The translations under genes and the position numbers were made by a program. From Octopus vulgaris (lineage: Eukaryota), in assembly GCA_951406725.2 (NCBI GenBank), contig OX597817.1, forward strand, positions 113,460,001 through 113,524,000: 64,000 nt of DNA. Direction: 5' to 3'. Positions within the stretch are counted from its first letter, which is position 1; every line of letters begins with the position of its first letter. The notes beneath the pieces are model-generated. The model was not told the DNA's origin. It saw only the letters and a program-made list of their open reading frames with translations, and searched no databases. This document shows positions 13,082 through 25,165 of the stretch, piece after piece.

Positions 13082-15164
13082 AACTTAGCACTTCCACTAT
13101 TATTAATTTTTTAATTCCCTTCTTTAACTAAATATACCTGTGGTCCTCTATAATTCTAAAGTATACAATTTATAAATTTCATAATTTTATAATTTTTATA
13201 GCTACATTTGTATAATAATTAATGGATGTGTCTAGTATTATTGGTTCCTTGATTTTTGTATGTGGGTTTTTGTTTGTTTTTTTAAGAGAAACGCAATATG
13301 ACATAAAATAGCATATTCATTTTGGTATTTGCCTTGTAATGTGTGATTTTTGAAGTTTTCCAATATTGCATAGTATATATGTATATCTTGGTTAGATACC
13401 TAGCTCTAGATAATGTAATGATATTGTATAATATGTAATATATGAGAGCCTTTTATGAGTTTGGTGGGTTTAGGTTGAGATTATAGGTTTTTTGTATGTG
13501 TTTATTTGGAAGGTTTTTATTATATATTTGGTCTTTTTGTACTCACCTTAATTTGTATCTTATGCTATTCACTGATAAACCTTTTTCATTTTTTCATTTT
13601 CTCATTTACATGCATTTTGCTTTATAATTATTACCAGCCTCATATATTTAGTTTATATCTATAGTCCTCTGGATCTGTACTTTAAACTATCCTTCCATAC
13701 ATTTTTACTTTCAACAATATAAAATATATATAAAATATATATATTCACTTTATTTATTTTTATTTATTTCCCATTTTATTGTAATATTATCAATCTTTGC
13801 ATCTAGTCCTCTATTCATTTATTTATTTGCCTATTTAAGTGTAGATGTTTACATACATATCAAGTCATCTAATTTGTTACCTATTTATTTTTTACTTATT
13901 TACTTATACTGGTGTAGTTTTATACATACATATCTATCATTTATTTGTATTTAATTTTAATAATATATGAATACATATATACTAGTTTGTACTTATAATT
14001 ATGTGTACAACCGTATTTATTCCTTCGTATTTATTCCTTCTTATTTATTTTATCTCTTTTCATCTTAAGTCTTTATAATATAAAATTTATTTAAAATTTC
14101 TGTGATGTTCTCATAAGCGTTTACATTAATACTTCCCCTTCTATTCTTTAATGCCTAAACTGGTATATTATGGCACTATTTTTATTAAGTTAATAAGTGA
14201 CTTATTTATAATATTTAAATTAATATATATTTTATATTTTATATTTTATAATTTAGCGTACTTAAAATCATAACAAACTTACGATAAACCTAACAACCGT
14301 ATGTTTACTCTGTAACAAACCGGTGTTATAAATTTTAAGTTACCCATGAAATAATTATCTGAATTAGTAACATACTGATATTTAAAAATATATTTATATC
14401 TAAATTAAATATTTTATAGAATGCATGGATGGTTCTTTTTCTGTTATTAAGGCTCAGTTATAATTTTGAAGGACTAAATGTTAGCATAGTTGCTTCCCTT
14501 TTTTGTTTATCTAAGTGCTGGTTGTTACTTGTTAATATGTATGTGTATAAGTGTATGTATATACATATAACTATGTGTGTATGTGCGATTGATCTGTAGA
14601 TGCGTGTGTGAATATTGGCGTTCCTTGACTAACCAACCGTATAATTTTCTTTTGTGATTTAAATTTCAAACCAATAGCCAATCGAATTAATCTAAATTTT
14701 CTTTACCTAGTGGTCAGCATTTCTTAACTCATAGTTATTTCGATCTTGAAAGGATGGACTTGGTGCTAACTTAACTGTATCTATTTTTAGTATTTTTTTA
14801 TTATTATTATTTTTATTATTATTATTATTATTATTAATAGTAATTTTTATTAACTTTTATAGCTTTAGAATTTTATGAACTGTACCACGGATTTAATTAT
14901 TATTTTTCATCTCCATATGTGTTAGCCCTCTTTTTATTAAAAAAAACTATTAGCCAAATATGTATAATATCGGTACTTATTAATATTAATATATACACTG
15001 TTATATATTTTGTTTTATATTGTTCTGTTTACCTTCCTTTTTGTACAAATGTGTATTATATTATATAAGTGTAGCATTATGATGTATAAGTTTTTATATT
15101 TTACATTTTTATATTTATATGTATATGATTATATAATATTTTTCACTATTATAACAAATTTAAT

Positions 15165-15285
15165 TTAATTCTCTGAAGAGGCCGTGGGGCATCCTTGTTA
15201 ATGCCTCATTTATACCTGCCTTTATGGCTTATAGGTTAAATGAGGTATGACTGTCCTCACTGCCGAAACAGCTGTCAGTTTTGAT
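15165..15285 (+). ncRNA. Hammerhead ribozyme (type I, long stem II), copy 3
   Basis: Same motif as 9611-9730, ~200 nt before the element's 3' end. Confidence 0.82.
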
Positions 15286-15484
15286 TTATTTGCATATTAT
15301 ATTTGAAATTTTTTACTTATATCTCTTTATCTTTTTACTTTTACTATTACTGTATATCTCATTTCATTTTATATATTGCCTTTACTCATATGTAATGGTG
15401 TATTAAAGTATGGATTGAGTATCATCGGATAGTTGATGTTTTACTGATTTAAGTATGTTTCTCCATTCTCTAATTTTGTAGTAT

Positions 15485-15685
15485 ATATATATATATATAT
15501 ATATGTATATGTTTGTGTGTCTGTGTTTGTCCCCCCCAGCATCGCTTAGCAGTTCGGTGAAAGAGACCAATAGAATAAGTACTAGACTTACAAAGAATAA
15601 GTTCTGGGGTTGATTTGCTCGACTAAAGGCAGTGCTCCAACATAGTTGCAGTCAAATGACTGAAACAAGTAAAAGAGTAAAGAGT
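15485..15685 (+). mobile_element. 3' half of a SINE split by the Penelope-like insertion (5' part at 3014-3090)
   Basis: gaaactgaaagaagcccatcgtatata (3014-) and tatgtttgtgtgtctgtgtttgtcccc (15505-) are contiguous in the intact SINE at 1428-1804. Confidence 0.8.
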
Positions 15686-15843
15686 AAGATAAACTTACAT
15701 GTCTTTGTAACTGACACTGTGACATCAGACGAGTGTAAACAAATCTGTGTTGTTTTGTTATGTATTCTGCAGACAGAAATTAGTGCAATAATAATAATAA
15801 AGAAATTGAGAGTCAAATAACTTCTTTTGTTTGTTTCTTTCAG

Positions 15844-15914
15844 AGATTATCTACAGCTAATGAAGAAATCATTGAAGTTCTGCTTTCGAAACAACAATTG
15901 CTGCCAGCTCTTAG
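15844..15914 (+). CDS. RMC1: RMC1 coding exon
   Basis: tttcag|AGATTA...CTTAG|gtaag; encodes RLSTANEEIIEVLLSKQQLLPAL(R), in phase with exon 733-801 across a 15 kb intron. Confidence 0.92.
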
Positions 15915-16286
15915 GTAAGCTATGAGGATAACTGGGAATATTTTTCTGTAGTGGAATCAGTTGATCCTTCTCTAAAAATTCCTATTTTCATGCTAATATA
16001 TCGTTGGGTTGTTAGAATTATTAGAGCATTGAACAAACTGCTTTGCGATAATTAGTTACAACTCTTTATATTCTGAGTTTAAATCTCACAAAAGCCAAAT
16101 TTGCCTTTCATCCTATGTTAGACAAATACTGGGACCAATATAATTTACTGCTCCCTTCCTCCACATGTGTGACATATTATTATTGAGTGAGAGAGCAGTG
16201 CATGCCATCAAAGTGACACTGGGGTAAAATATACGAAGCCCAGCAAACCCATCTTGACGACCTGTCTGATAAAGGTACACCAGTAT

Positions 16287-16545
16287 TGGGATATACCAAT
16301 ACACACAGATAGAGAAATCAAGGCTAATAGGACAGATATTGTTGTCAGGGGCATCCAAGAAAAATATGCCTTCTAATTGACATATTAATCCCAACAGATG
16401 ACAACATATCTCTAAAAGAAATAAAGAAACTCTCAAAATACAAATGTCTGGAAATAGATATAACCTAAATGTGGAACCTGAAAACAAATAATCCCTATAA
16501 TACTTGGTGCATAAGTATGGTTAAAAATATACAGGCTGATACATA
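16287..16545 (+). mobile_element. Decayed R4/Dong-like non-LTR fragment (restriction-like endonuclease C-terminus)
   Basis: Reads WDIPIHTDREIKANRTDIVV..LIDILIPTDDNISLKEIKKLSKYK..MWNLK with frameshifts and stops. Confidence 0.65.
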
Positions 16546-16577
16546 ACTGAGTCACCACAATTACAAATATATATATA

Positions 16578-17815
16578 TTGGGTCATCCCATAAACAATGC
16601 ATTTTTTTTACACTTCTTTTATTTTTCAAAATTAAGATAAACAAAGTCCTTATTTAATCTAAAATATACTCTCCTTCATTTTCTACAATGCTCTTCCATA
16701 CTATCTGGTAGACTTGCAAGGCCCCTCTTCCAAAATTCACTTGTCCATGATAAAAAATACATACACTTCCAGTACTGTTCTGACTGCATCTACAGAATTC
16801 ATATTTTTTCTGTCCAAATGATTTCGAAGTCTGTGCAATAAATAATCAGATGGGGCAATGTCCAGTGAATATGGTGGGTGGGGCATCATTTCCCATTCAA
16901 ACTGCTCCAGCCTTTGGAATGTCATCTTTGTTGTATGTGGCTGAACATTATCTTGATGGAAGAACACTTTCCATCTGGAAACCAAAGATGGTTGTTTTTC
17001 TTCTAGCACTGACTTAAGCCACTCAAGCTGCTCGCAGTAGATCTCCTTTGTTATCATTTGGTTTTGGTTAAAAAGTTCAAAGTAGACTAAACTTTTCATA
17101 TCCCTCCAAACAGATAACAACACCTTATGTGGGTGAAGACCTTCTTTAGCCTGGGGTGCCAGTGTTTCTCCTTTCCCTACCCACTGTTTTTGGTGCTTGA
17201 CATTTTTATAGAGAACCCATTTCTCATCACCAGTCACTATTCAGGTTCATTCATGAGACATAACAACAAAGAAGAGCACACATTCACTCTCTACATATGA
17301 TTAGATTTGGAAAGTTTGTGAAGAATCCACTGACCCAATTTGCTGACTTTTCCGATGGCACGCAGGTGTCGATGAATGGTTGAATGACCAAATCCAAGCT
17401 TCTCTGCTAGTTCCTCAACAGTTATGATGGGATTTTATTCCACCAGGTTTTGAAGGACATCCTTGTCAAGCTCTACAGATCTTCCAGGACGAGGCTGATC
17501 TTCTAGGCTGTAGTTTCTGACCCAGAATTTCTGGAACCGCTGTTGACACAGGTTTACATTTATTGTCTGATCCCCATATACTGCATTAATATTCCTCACA
17601 TTTTCCGTTGCATTGTTGCCTTTATTGAACTTGTAAATCAAAATATGCTGAATATTCTCCTTTGTCATTTCCATTATAGCTTTGAAAAAATAACTGTTAA
17701 AATCGAACTGCACTCTTCAAAACTTGCACTATGAATAAGTAGAAGGTAAAATTACTACCTGCTTTTATAGCAAGTTGATGCAGGTAGTTTATCCAACTTT
17801 TAGTTCATGCAATTG
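16578..17815 (-). mobile_element. Mariner transposon relic (transposase pseudogene)
   Basis: TGDEKWVLY, HQDNVQPH and PPYSLDIAPSDY motifs plus the HTH region PRPGRS; TA-flanked terminus ttgggtcatcccataa at 16578; second TIR not evident. Confidence 0.88.
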
Positions 17816-18565
17816 TGCAAATTGTACTCAGCACTTCACCAGCTCTATCAGTCCACCATCCATGAAGAATTTGAGTGGATAAAATCAAATCTTGTGATAT
17901 ATTAGTCAATACACCAAACATCAGAGTACTATCACTACAAGTTATAATGGAATTGTTTGAGAAGAGAATTTTAGGTTAAATTGATGGGGAAATCAATGAG
18001 TAGCCAGAGTAAGGATGGGGAAATACTGCAAAGCACTTTGTCCAGCATGCTAATGATTTAGCCAGCTGACTGCCTTAATGATGATGATGATAATAAATAA
18101 TAATAATAATAATAATCGTTTAATGTCCGTTTTCCATGCTGGCATGGGTTGGACAGTTTGACTGAAAACTGGTAAGCCAGGGAGCTGCACCAGGTTCTGA
18201 TCTGATTTGGCAAGGTTTCTGCAGCTGAATGCCCTTCCTAACACCAACAATTCCAAGAGTGTAGTAGGTGTTTTTTATGTACCATTGACCTGACACCAGC
18301 CACAACTATGGTCTCACTTGACTTAAAAAGTTTACACTTTTGCAAAATATTGTGGTTTTGGATTAAATTTAGAATTTATCATCATTACTTCTACTAAGCT
18401 GATTAAATCAATTCACTCTTCCAAAATGTGTGGCTTGGTCTGTTTGTAAATCACTGTTATTTCATAAGAGAAGCACTAATGGCTTGTGTGGAATAAGTTT
18501 ATAATTTTTCAGACGATTGACTTGATCTTTTAATATGAAAAATGTTTGTACAATATTTAGATTTA

Positions 18566-18828
18566 GGCGCCAGCATGGCTATGTGGTAAGACACTTGCTT
18601 CCCAACCACATTTCCGGTTTCAATCCCACTGCATGGCTTGTTGGGCAAGTGTCTTCTATTATAGCTTTGTGAGTAGAATTGGTAGACAAACTGAAAGAAG
18701 CCTGTCACATATGTGTGTGTGTGTGTGTTTGTCTGTTCCCTACCACTGCTTGACAACCAATGTTGGTGTGTTTACATTCCTATAACTTAGCAGTTCAACA
18801 AGAGATAGAACAAATACTTGGGTTTAAA
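18566..18828 (+). mobile_element. tRNA-derived SINE
   Basis: ggcgccagcatggctatgtggtaag..ggtttcaatccc..ttgggcaagtgtcttcta; same family as 1428-1804. Confidence 0.75.
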
Positions 18829-18910
18829 AAATATTCCTTCCAATTAGACTTTTAAAGGCTGCCTCAATCATTACTAGGTTACTTCTGATGGATTATATTT
18901 TCTTTTATAG

Positions 18911-19065
18911 ATTCATTCGCAGTATTGCTATTATTGATACAGTGTCTGCTCGCAAATTCCTTGAAGCTGCTCTCAACTGCGATGACCAAATGCTTTTTTA
19001 TACAGTGTTCAAATTCTTTGAGCAGCGAAATATTCGCCTTCGAGGTTCACCAAAATTCCCATCAG
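18911..19065 (+). CDS. RMC1: RMC1 coding exon
   Basis: ttatag|...|gtatg; encodes FIRSIAIIDTVSARKFLEAALNCDDQMLFYTVFKFFEQRNIRLRGSPKFPS; phases consistent with neighbours. Confidence 0.93.
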
Positions 19066-20046
19066 GTATGTAGCAAAAAGTCAATGAACAATTTACGATA
19101 ATATTCTGATTAACATTCAAGCCTAACTTTAACATTTCTTAGTATTTTAGGCATTTGTTTTAAATCGTAGTTGAACAGTTGTCATTGATTAGAGCTTAGT
19201 AATCATTGGTACACTGCAACACTGGTGAATGAAAAAAGGGATTGTTTGTAACTTAGAATAGATACCGAGAAAGACTTAGCATATCTTTTCTAGCTGTGCT
19301 TAAAGTTGGAAATTTTAATATTAAGTGAAAAAGTTTTTTTGTTACAATGAAATCAGTAGCTTCAGCTTTGCTTGTTGCTATGGAAACAGACATTAATGTG
19401 AAATTTAGTCATGTATAATGATTTTTGATTGGCTAAAATTACCCAAAATTTGCACACTTTAAAAGCAATAAATTTAATTTGTGGCAAACAGGTATTTCTT
19501 TTTCATAATTAGTATACAAAACCAAACCTGTATGCCAAATTTAAAAGCAATTGGAATAAAACTGAAGTATAAAATATGTGATAACTGAAAGAATTTACCT
19601 TTGCTTTGAGAATATTTTCAGTTTACTGTCATTTAAAATCTTTTATATCTACATGACAAGTTTCTGCAGTTTCCATTTACCAAATTTTTTTCCTGCCATA
19701 AACTATGTAATATAACAATGGAGCTTCTCTCAACACACTGGCTCTTGTAATATTTAAACTCAGTAGGACAGCTATCTGGTAGAAATATTAGCACACAGGG
19801 CGAAATGCTTAGAAACATTAGTTCTAAAACAGGATTTTCACACTAGTAACCTACACCACAGCTCCATACAGTAATTGCTAAACTTCCCAGATTTAAATGT
19901 TTTTCCTTTTTTTCAACAATGAAGGTCATTTTGTACTGCAGCCTGCTTAATATTTACTATTGATAATTTTGGGAGAAAAGTAGTTTACTTTTTACCTACA
20001 ATCATTGTGATCAAAATCATTTAAAAGCTTCTCTTTTTTGTTTCAG

Positions 20047-20126
20047 GAGAACATTGTGAGCATTATGTCCATCATTTTGAGTCATTATTTGGTACAGAAG
20101 CTTTGGGTGATGTCCAGTCCAGTTAA
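20047..20126 (+). CDS. RMC1: RMC1 terminal coding exon
   Basis: tttcag| then (G)EHCEHYVHHFESLFGTEALGDVQSS-TAA; AATAAA signals at 20342 and 20375. Confidence 0.9.
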
Positions 20127-21971
20127 CTTCCAGTCAGAAGTAATGTCTTTAAAAAAAATTTAAGTCTTTTACCCATCTAAAAAGAAACTAGGCATGGTTT
20201 ATTAGATTTGGATATCAATCTTCATCTATTAATTCTCTTTTGTCATCTTATCTACTGGATACAAGGTATTCACTTTTTGAAGCTATCCTTTCTAAGTTTG
20301 AAACCTGCCAAGAACAGACATAATTGAAAAATGTACAGTGAAATAAATATTTAAAACATTTTAGTATCTTCTGAAATAAAACAAATTTAATGTCTTGGTT
20401 TGTTCACAATTTCGCTGATTTTTTTCTTTATAGGAATTTCAGTCTATTACCAAATTTTAAGATTACAGTAGTTATAACCTGATTCTAGTACAAACTTCAT
20501 CCTTTCACATCCATTTTCAATGCTGGCAAGCCAGAGAGCTGTACCAACTCCAGCCTGATTTGGTTTAGATGCCCTTCCTAACAGCAACCACTCCTGTGTG
20601 CTTTGAACATCACTGGCACAGGCACTTATGTGACACCAGTTCAACTGTCTGATGTAGCACAAGACTCTAGCAGGCCAGTCCTCTACACCAGAGATCCATC
20701 TGAGTCCTTTGGAAAGGTTCAGCATTCTGAGGTCATCCTTCCATACTTCATCTGTTTTCCTGTCTCCTTCCATGAGCTCTTGCCACTAAGTCAATGGCAC
20801 TTTATAGAACTGTTGGCATCAATGCACTGTCTTATCTCTTACACTTTTCTCAATACATCTAGCTATGTCACACATGTACACCTACATTACAAAATTTTGT
20901 ACCAGTTTATTCCAAACACCAGTCGAACAATGACAATCATTTTACTGAATTCCTTTTGAAAAATTGAAGCAAAGGCAGTGTATTTAAAATATTTAGGCGA
21001 TTTTCTATCAGATCTTATGATCACAGTGTAACTGTGTCAAAGATGCTATGAGAAATGTGGTTGCTATATCTAGACAGTTGAGAGACCACAACTCTTCCTT
21101 TACTTGGCTCACTCAGCTCCAATCAAAGAATATTCTGTTCACCAGTTGCTACAAATTCTAGTTTCACAACCTGCCCAACATTGCCCTTGGTTTTATGATA
21201 GAAACTTCAGGATTTAAAATGTTAAAACTTTATGAAAAATCTATAATAATCTGCTTGTTCATTTGCCCATTATACATTAGTTAGAGAACTAAAAGAGGAG
21301 TGAAGAAGAGGTAAATGTTTAATGTGTAGTGGGGAAGGAATACTTACATGGTTAAAAAGCTAACTGAAAGTAAAGGTAGATTGAGAGTTGGACAGGGGAA
21401 GCAGTTATATTGAGACAGTGGTGATGTGTTGGTATTGAAAATTCAGTTGCAAGCTACCTGAGAAAAGATGTACAGATATAGAGCATGGATCAGAGGGGAA
21501 CAGTGATAAGATATAAAAAAAAAAACACCAACAGAAATGCAAGGAAATGAATGACAATTCTATAAAAATGCAAATCATCCTTTCTTAAATAGGTCCTCTT
21601 AAACTTTTGGAATTTATACGGATCCACTAGTTCTTCATTAAATTATGTCCCCAACACCAGCTTAATGACAAAATTTTACTAGAATCATTTTCGGTATGAA
21701 TTGAAACAAAGGCAGTGAATTTTAACAGGAAGATTGAGGGAGGTGTTGCAAAGAGCTAGCAGTTTTCCAGTTATGTATATTTATATTAGCATCATGAGTA
21801 TCAGCCCTAGAAATAATAATTAAAAGAAAAAAAAAAAAGCATTTGAAGATAACTCTTTTTACAATTTTTTTTTATTTACATTATTTTCACAGGTCTCTTA
21901 ACCATACACTCAAGTAAATCTTTCAGTTTATGTACACTATTGAAAAATAAATTAGAAAAGGTCCAGATATT

Positions 21972-22121
21972 TCAGAACTCAGCATCAAGTGTGAATGTGT
22001 GGTTCGATCCAGACATGACGCCCATTTTTTGGTATTCACCAACTCTCTTCTCAAAGAAATTAGTCTTTCCCTCCAATGAGATGTGTTCCATGAAATCGAA
22101 TGGATTCTCAGAGTTGTAAAT
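21972..22121 (-). CDS. RRM2: Ribonucleoside-diphosphate reductase small subunit, exon 7 (terminal)
   Basis: cag|[52 protein letters not shown]; AATAAA on the - strand at 21871-21876. Confidence 0.96.
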   Translation of the reverse strand: MYNSENPFDFMEHISLEGKTNFFEKRVGEYQKMGVMSGSNHTFTLDAEF

Positions 22122-22333
22122 CTGCAAAGAAATGTAAATCCCACATTAAAATTGTGCACAGGTTTTTTCTCATAAAATATAAACACATTAACCACTTTTG
22201 GTAAAATCTTAACCTTAGAGCTGATTCTTGATCTACTACATCACCCTACTTGCTCTTGCAATAACCATCCATAATCAAATACAAGTTTTATTACATGAAA
22301 ATAAAATTAAAAATTTTGATAAGACCCAGTTAA

Positions 22334-23827
22334 CCCATTCATTACTGTATTTATTTTGAGATACTCTGTGTTTCTTTCAATTACTTTAAATATAAGAAAG
22401 AATTTAGTAAAATAACATAGTAATCATTAACCCTTTCGTTACTATATTTCTGACAAAAATACACCCCTCATGAGTTTCAATTAAATTCTAAAATAATCAT
22501 GAATTTAGGCTTGTTTCATTAAATAACTGTAACTTTTTTACTTATCAACATTTTAATGTGATATTTGGAACATAATTAAAGGAAGGGTTCTTAATAAATT
22601 CTATTGCATAACTTTTGTCTCAAAGTGACTTTAATTACAGGTAAATCCAGGTAAATTGAGCAAAAGGTAAAAATATTAAAATTTTAAATTGAGCAAAAGG
22701 TAAAAAATAAAAATTTTGTTTAAACATCACTATAGAAAATGAATCATCAGCTAATATTCAAATGGGTATGCAACAAAATTTTGATAAAGAAGAATTGTGC
22801 ACATCAGTTGAATTTAATGCACAACAGGTGTACCATAAAGGTGGAATAAACTGAAATATTGGAATCCACCGTAAGTTTGACCGAACTAAAGAAATCGGTC
22901 AAAAAATAATATACGGCCCTGGTTATGGTATGGAAGTGATAAATTCCAGACCACATCGTTCCCTAGGCCATGCTGACTAATATTATTTTCCCTGTATAAA
23001 AACTAAATCCACGCAGTACCCAGTAATTTGCTTCACAAATTTCCCAAACTTTGAACCCCGATTTTGGGTTTGTTTACAATCTGCGTAAGTTTGTTTCCAC
23101 ATTGATCGCTTCAAACTAGCATACTGAAAAAAATAAAAGTCTAATGGTTTCACTTCCTAAGAAAGGCTATAGATAAACTTTATCTCCTCAGAAAAATTGC
23201 TAATAAAAACATTTAAAAAGTTTTTTTACTTCATTCCGATGTAAAATCGTCTTCGCTGTCGCCTTCGCCGCTTTGTTTCTTCGGAAGGCGCTGCTTTCAT
23301 TTTCGGATAAAAAAATATTCATTATTTTGTACACCACGTGCTTTAGTACCTATTTCATTCTTTTTCTCGATATCTCCCTATTTTCCGTTGACAAAGCTTT
23401 AAATTCGGAATCAATGCTTGATAACATGAAACTCCTATCCATTTTCAAAGTTGAAGAAAATCGATGCCGTAAAACATGTGGAAAAAAATCTCCCAAAATT
23501 CACTGAGTTGAGATATCACTTCAAGCAATGTCGGATACTATAACTTAACTATTTACAATGTGAAATCACATGCTTTAACGAATGTACCAACGAGATTTGG
23601 GTTCAAATTTACATTTAAATAACAATGGGTTCTAACGGCCGGGTATGGCCGGGTTGGTACTTTGAACCAAAAAATTGTTCGGCCGGCTACGGCCGGGTTA
23701 GTAACGAAAGGGTTAAGCTAGTGTTAGGAACATAAATTGTGACTAAGGTTTGGTGGAAGAATTTAATTCAAAATTTATGACACATTTGTACTCGGAGCCA
23801 GTTTCAGCCAGGCTGGTAACGAAAGGG
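22334..23827. mobile_element. Older short piggyBac-type MITE hosting the 22431-23712 insertion
   Basis: ttaa|cccattcattac ... gtaacgaaaggg|ctaa: degenerate versions of the same TIR and TSD. Confidence 0.75.
22431..23712. mobile_element. Non-autonomous piggyBac-type element (1282 bp)
   Basis: TTAA|CCCTTTCGTTACTA ... TAGTAACGAAAGGG|TTAA: 14-bp perfect TIR and TTAA target-site duplication; no transposase ORF. Confidence 0.9.
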
Positions 23828-23938
23828 CTAAGAAGATGGAATGTTCTAGTTATGATAGAAAACCTGTTTCACTCCAACCACTGATGTTCAACTATAAAAA
23901 AAAAAAAAAAAAAATTTTTTTATAAAAAAAAAGCTTAC

Positions 23939-24157
23939 CTTCTGACATTTGAGTTCAACAAGAAGTCTGTCTGCAACAAATTCAATGTAACGTTTCATTA
24001 ATTCACAGTTCATACCAATTAAATTACAAGGAAGTGCTTCGGTAAGAAATTCCTGCTCAATCTTAACAGCATCAGTGATGATCTCATAAACTCTCTCTTG
24101 TGATGGTGGATTAGCTAAGTGTTTGAACATAAGGCAAGCGAAGTCTGTGTGGAGACC
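23939..24157 (-). CDS. RRM2: RRM2 exon 6
   Basis: tag|[14 protein letters not shown]...[15 protein letters not shown]|gtaag; 219 nt, phase 0. Confidence 0.96.
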
Positions 24158-24939
24158 CTAAAAACAGAATAAAAGGGGAAAAAAAAGTTTATTAGGCAGC
24201 TGGATTAAGTTGTACACAGCACTTGGTAATGTTACGTTTTAGCATTGGATTATCCCCCTTTGACAGAATGTTGCTTAGCCTAGACATTGATATGATTTGA
24301 TCCAGACTTGACAACTGTCAAACATATTCATGTAAGTCATTTCAGTGTAAAGAACATCCAATATGTCCAATAGGAGTAATTTAAGAGATGCGATTGCCAG
24401 CAGGCCTCTACATGGATTCATGTCAGATTAAGTTATTTAATATACATAAAATTACAAAGTGTCAAAAAGATTTGTGTGCATGCTTCATTAATTAACTGGC
24501 TCAGATGCACGTGTTAAGTCTGTGTATACATTCAGTTTGAAGGGTAAGAATATATGCAAATGTGTGTGTGCATCATATGCATGCCTATATACATAAATGT
24601 CACATGGAAATGTCGAATGTAAAGGCACATTCTGCAGTCCACTGCCCTGATTGGATTCATTATCAGCAGCACCGAATTTAAAAACTAATATTTTCACTAT
24701 AAAAGATATATAGTTATGATGGACTCACATGATTGTTTATTTTTACAATGACATTGTAGGGTGTAAGAGGCTGGATCTGGCCAGTTAGAATATTTAAATA
24801 CTAAGCTGTAACTTGCTTTTTTTCAATAGGATACAAGAAGAAATATTAGAAATTTTATTTTCCCTAAATTCTTACTATTATCATTTAGCCTAGAATATAA
24901 TCTTAGGATGAATTATCTTGCAATCAAAATAAAACTTAC

Positions 24940-25165
24940 CTCATCTCTGCTGATTAATTCATTGCTGAATGTCAAACCAGGCATGATGCCACGTTTCTTT
25001 AACCAGAAAATAGCAGCAAAAGAACCAGAGAAAAAGATTCCTTCTACCCCAGCAAAAGCAACAACACGCTCTGAATATGGGACCTTGTCAGAAATCCATT
25101 TCAAAGCCCAATCGGCTTTCTTTTTAATGCAAGGCATTGTCTCTATGGCATTGAACAAATAATCC
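24940..25165 (-). CDS. RRM2: RRM2 exon 5
   Basis: cag|(R)[21 protein letters not shown]...[36 protein letters not shown]|gtaag. Confidence 0.96.

Larger units (their letters stand above)
3091..15484. mobile_element. Penelope-like retroelement array (Naiad-like): inverted truncated copy + pLTR + full-length copy
   Basis: 3091-7492 is the reverse complement of 11286-15484 plus a 170-nt extension equal to 9931-10100. 7493-9930 directly repeats 13092-15484. RT + GIY-YIG ORF at 10241-13081; (TA)n on both flanks. Confidence 0.95.

Noticed and set aside
10241-15484. Selenoprotein-encoding Naiad (in-frame UGA plus SECIS)
   Set aside because: The repaired ORF has no in-frame TGA, the conserved Cys positions use Cys codons, and no SECIS was recognisable by eye.
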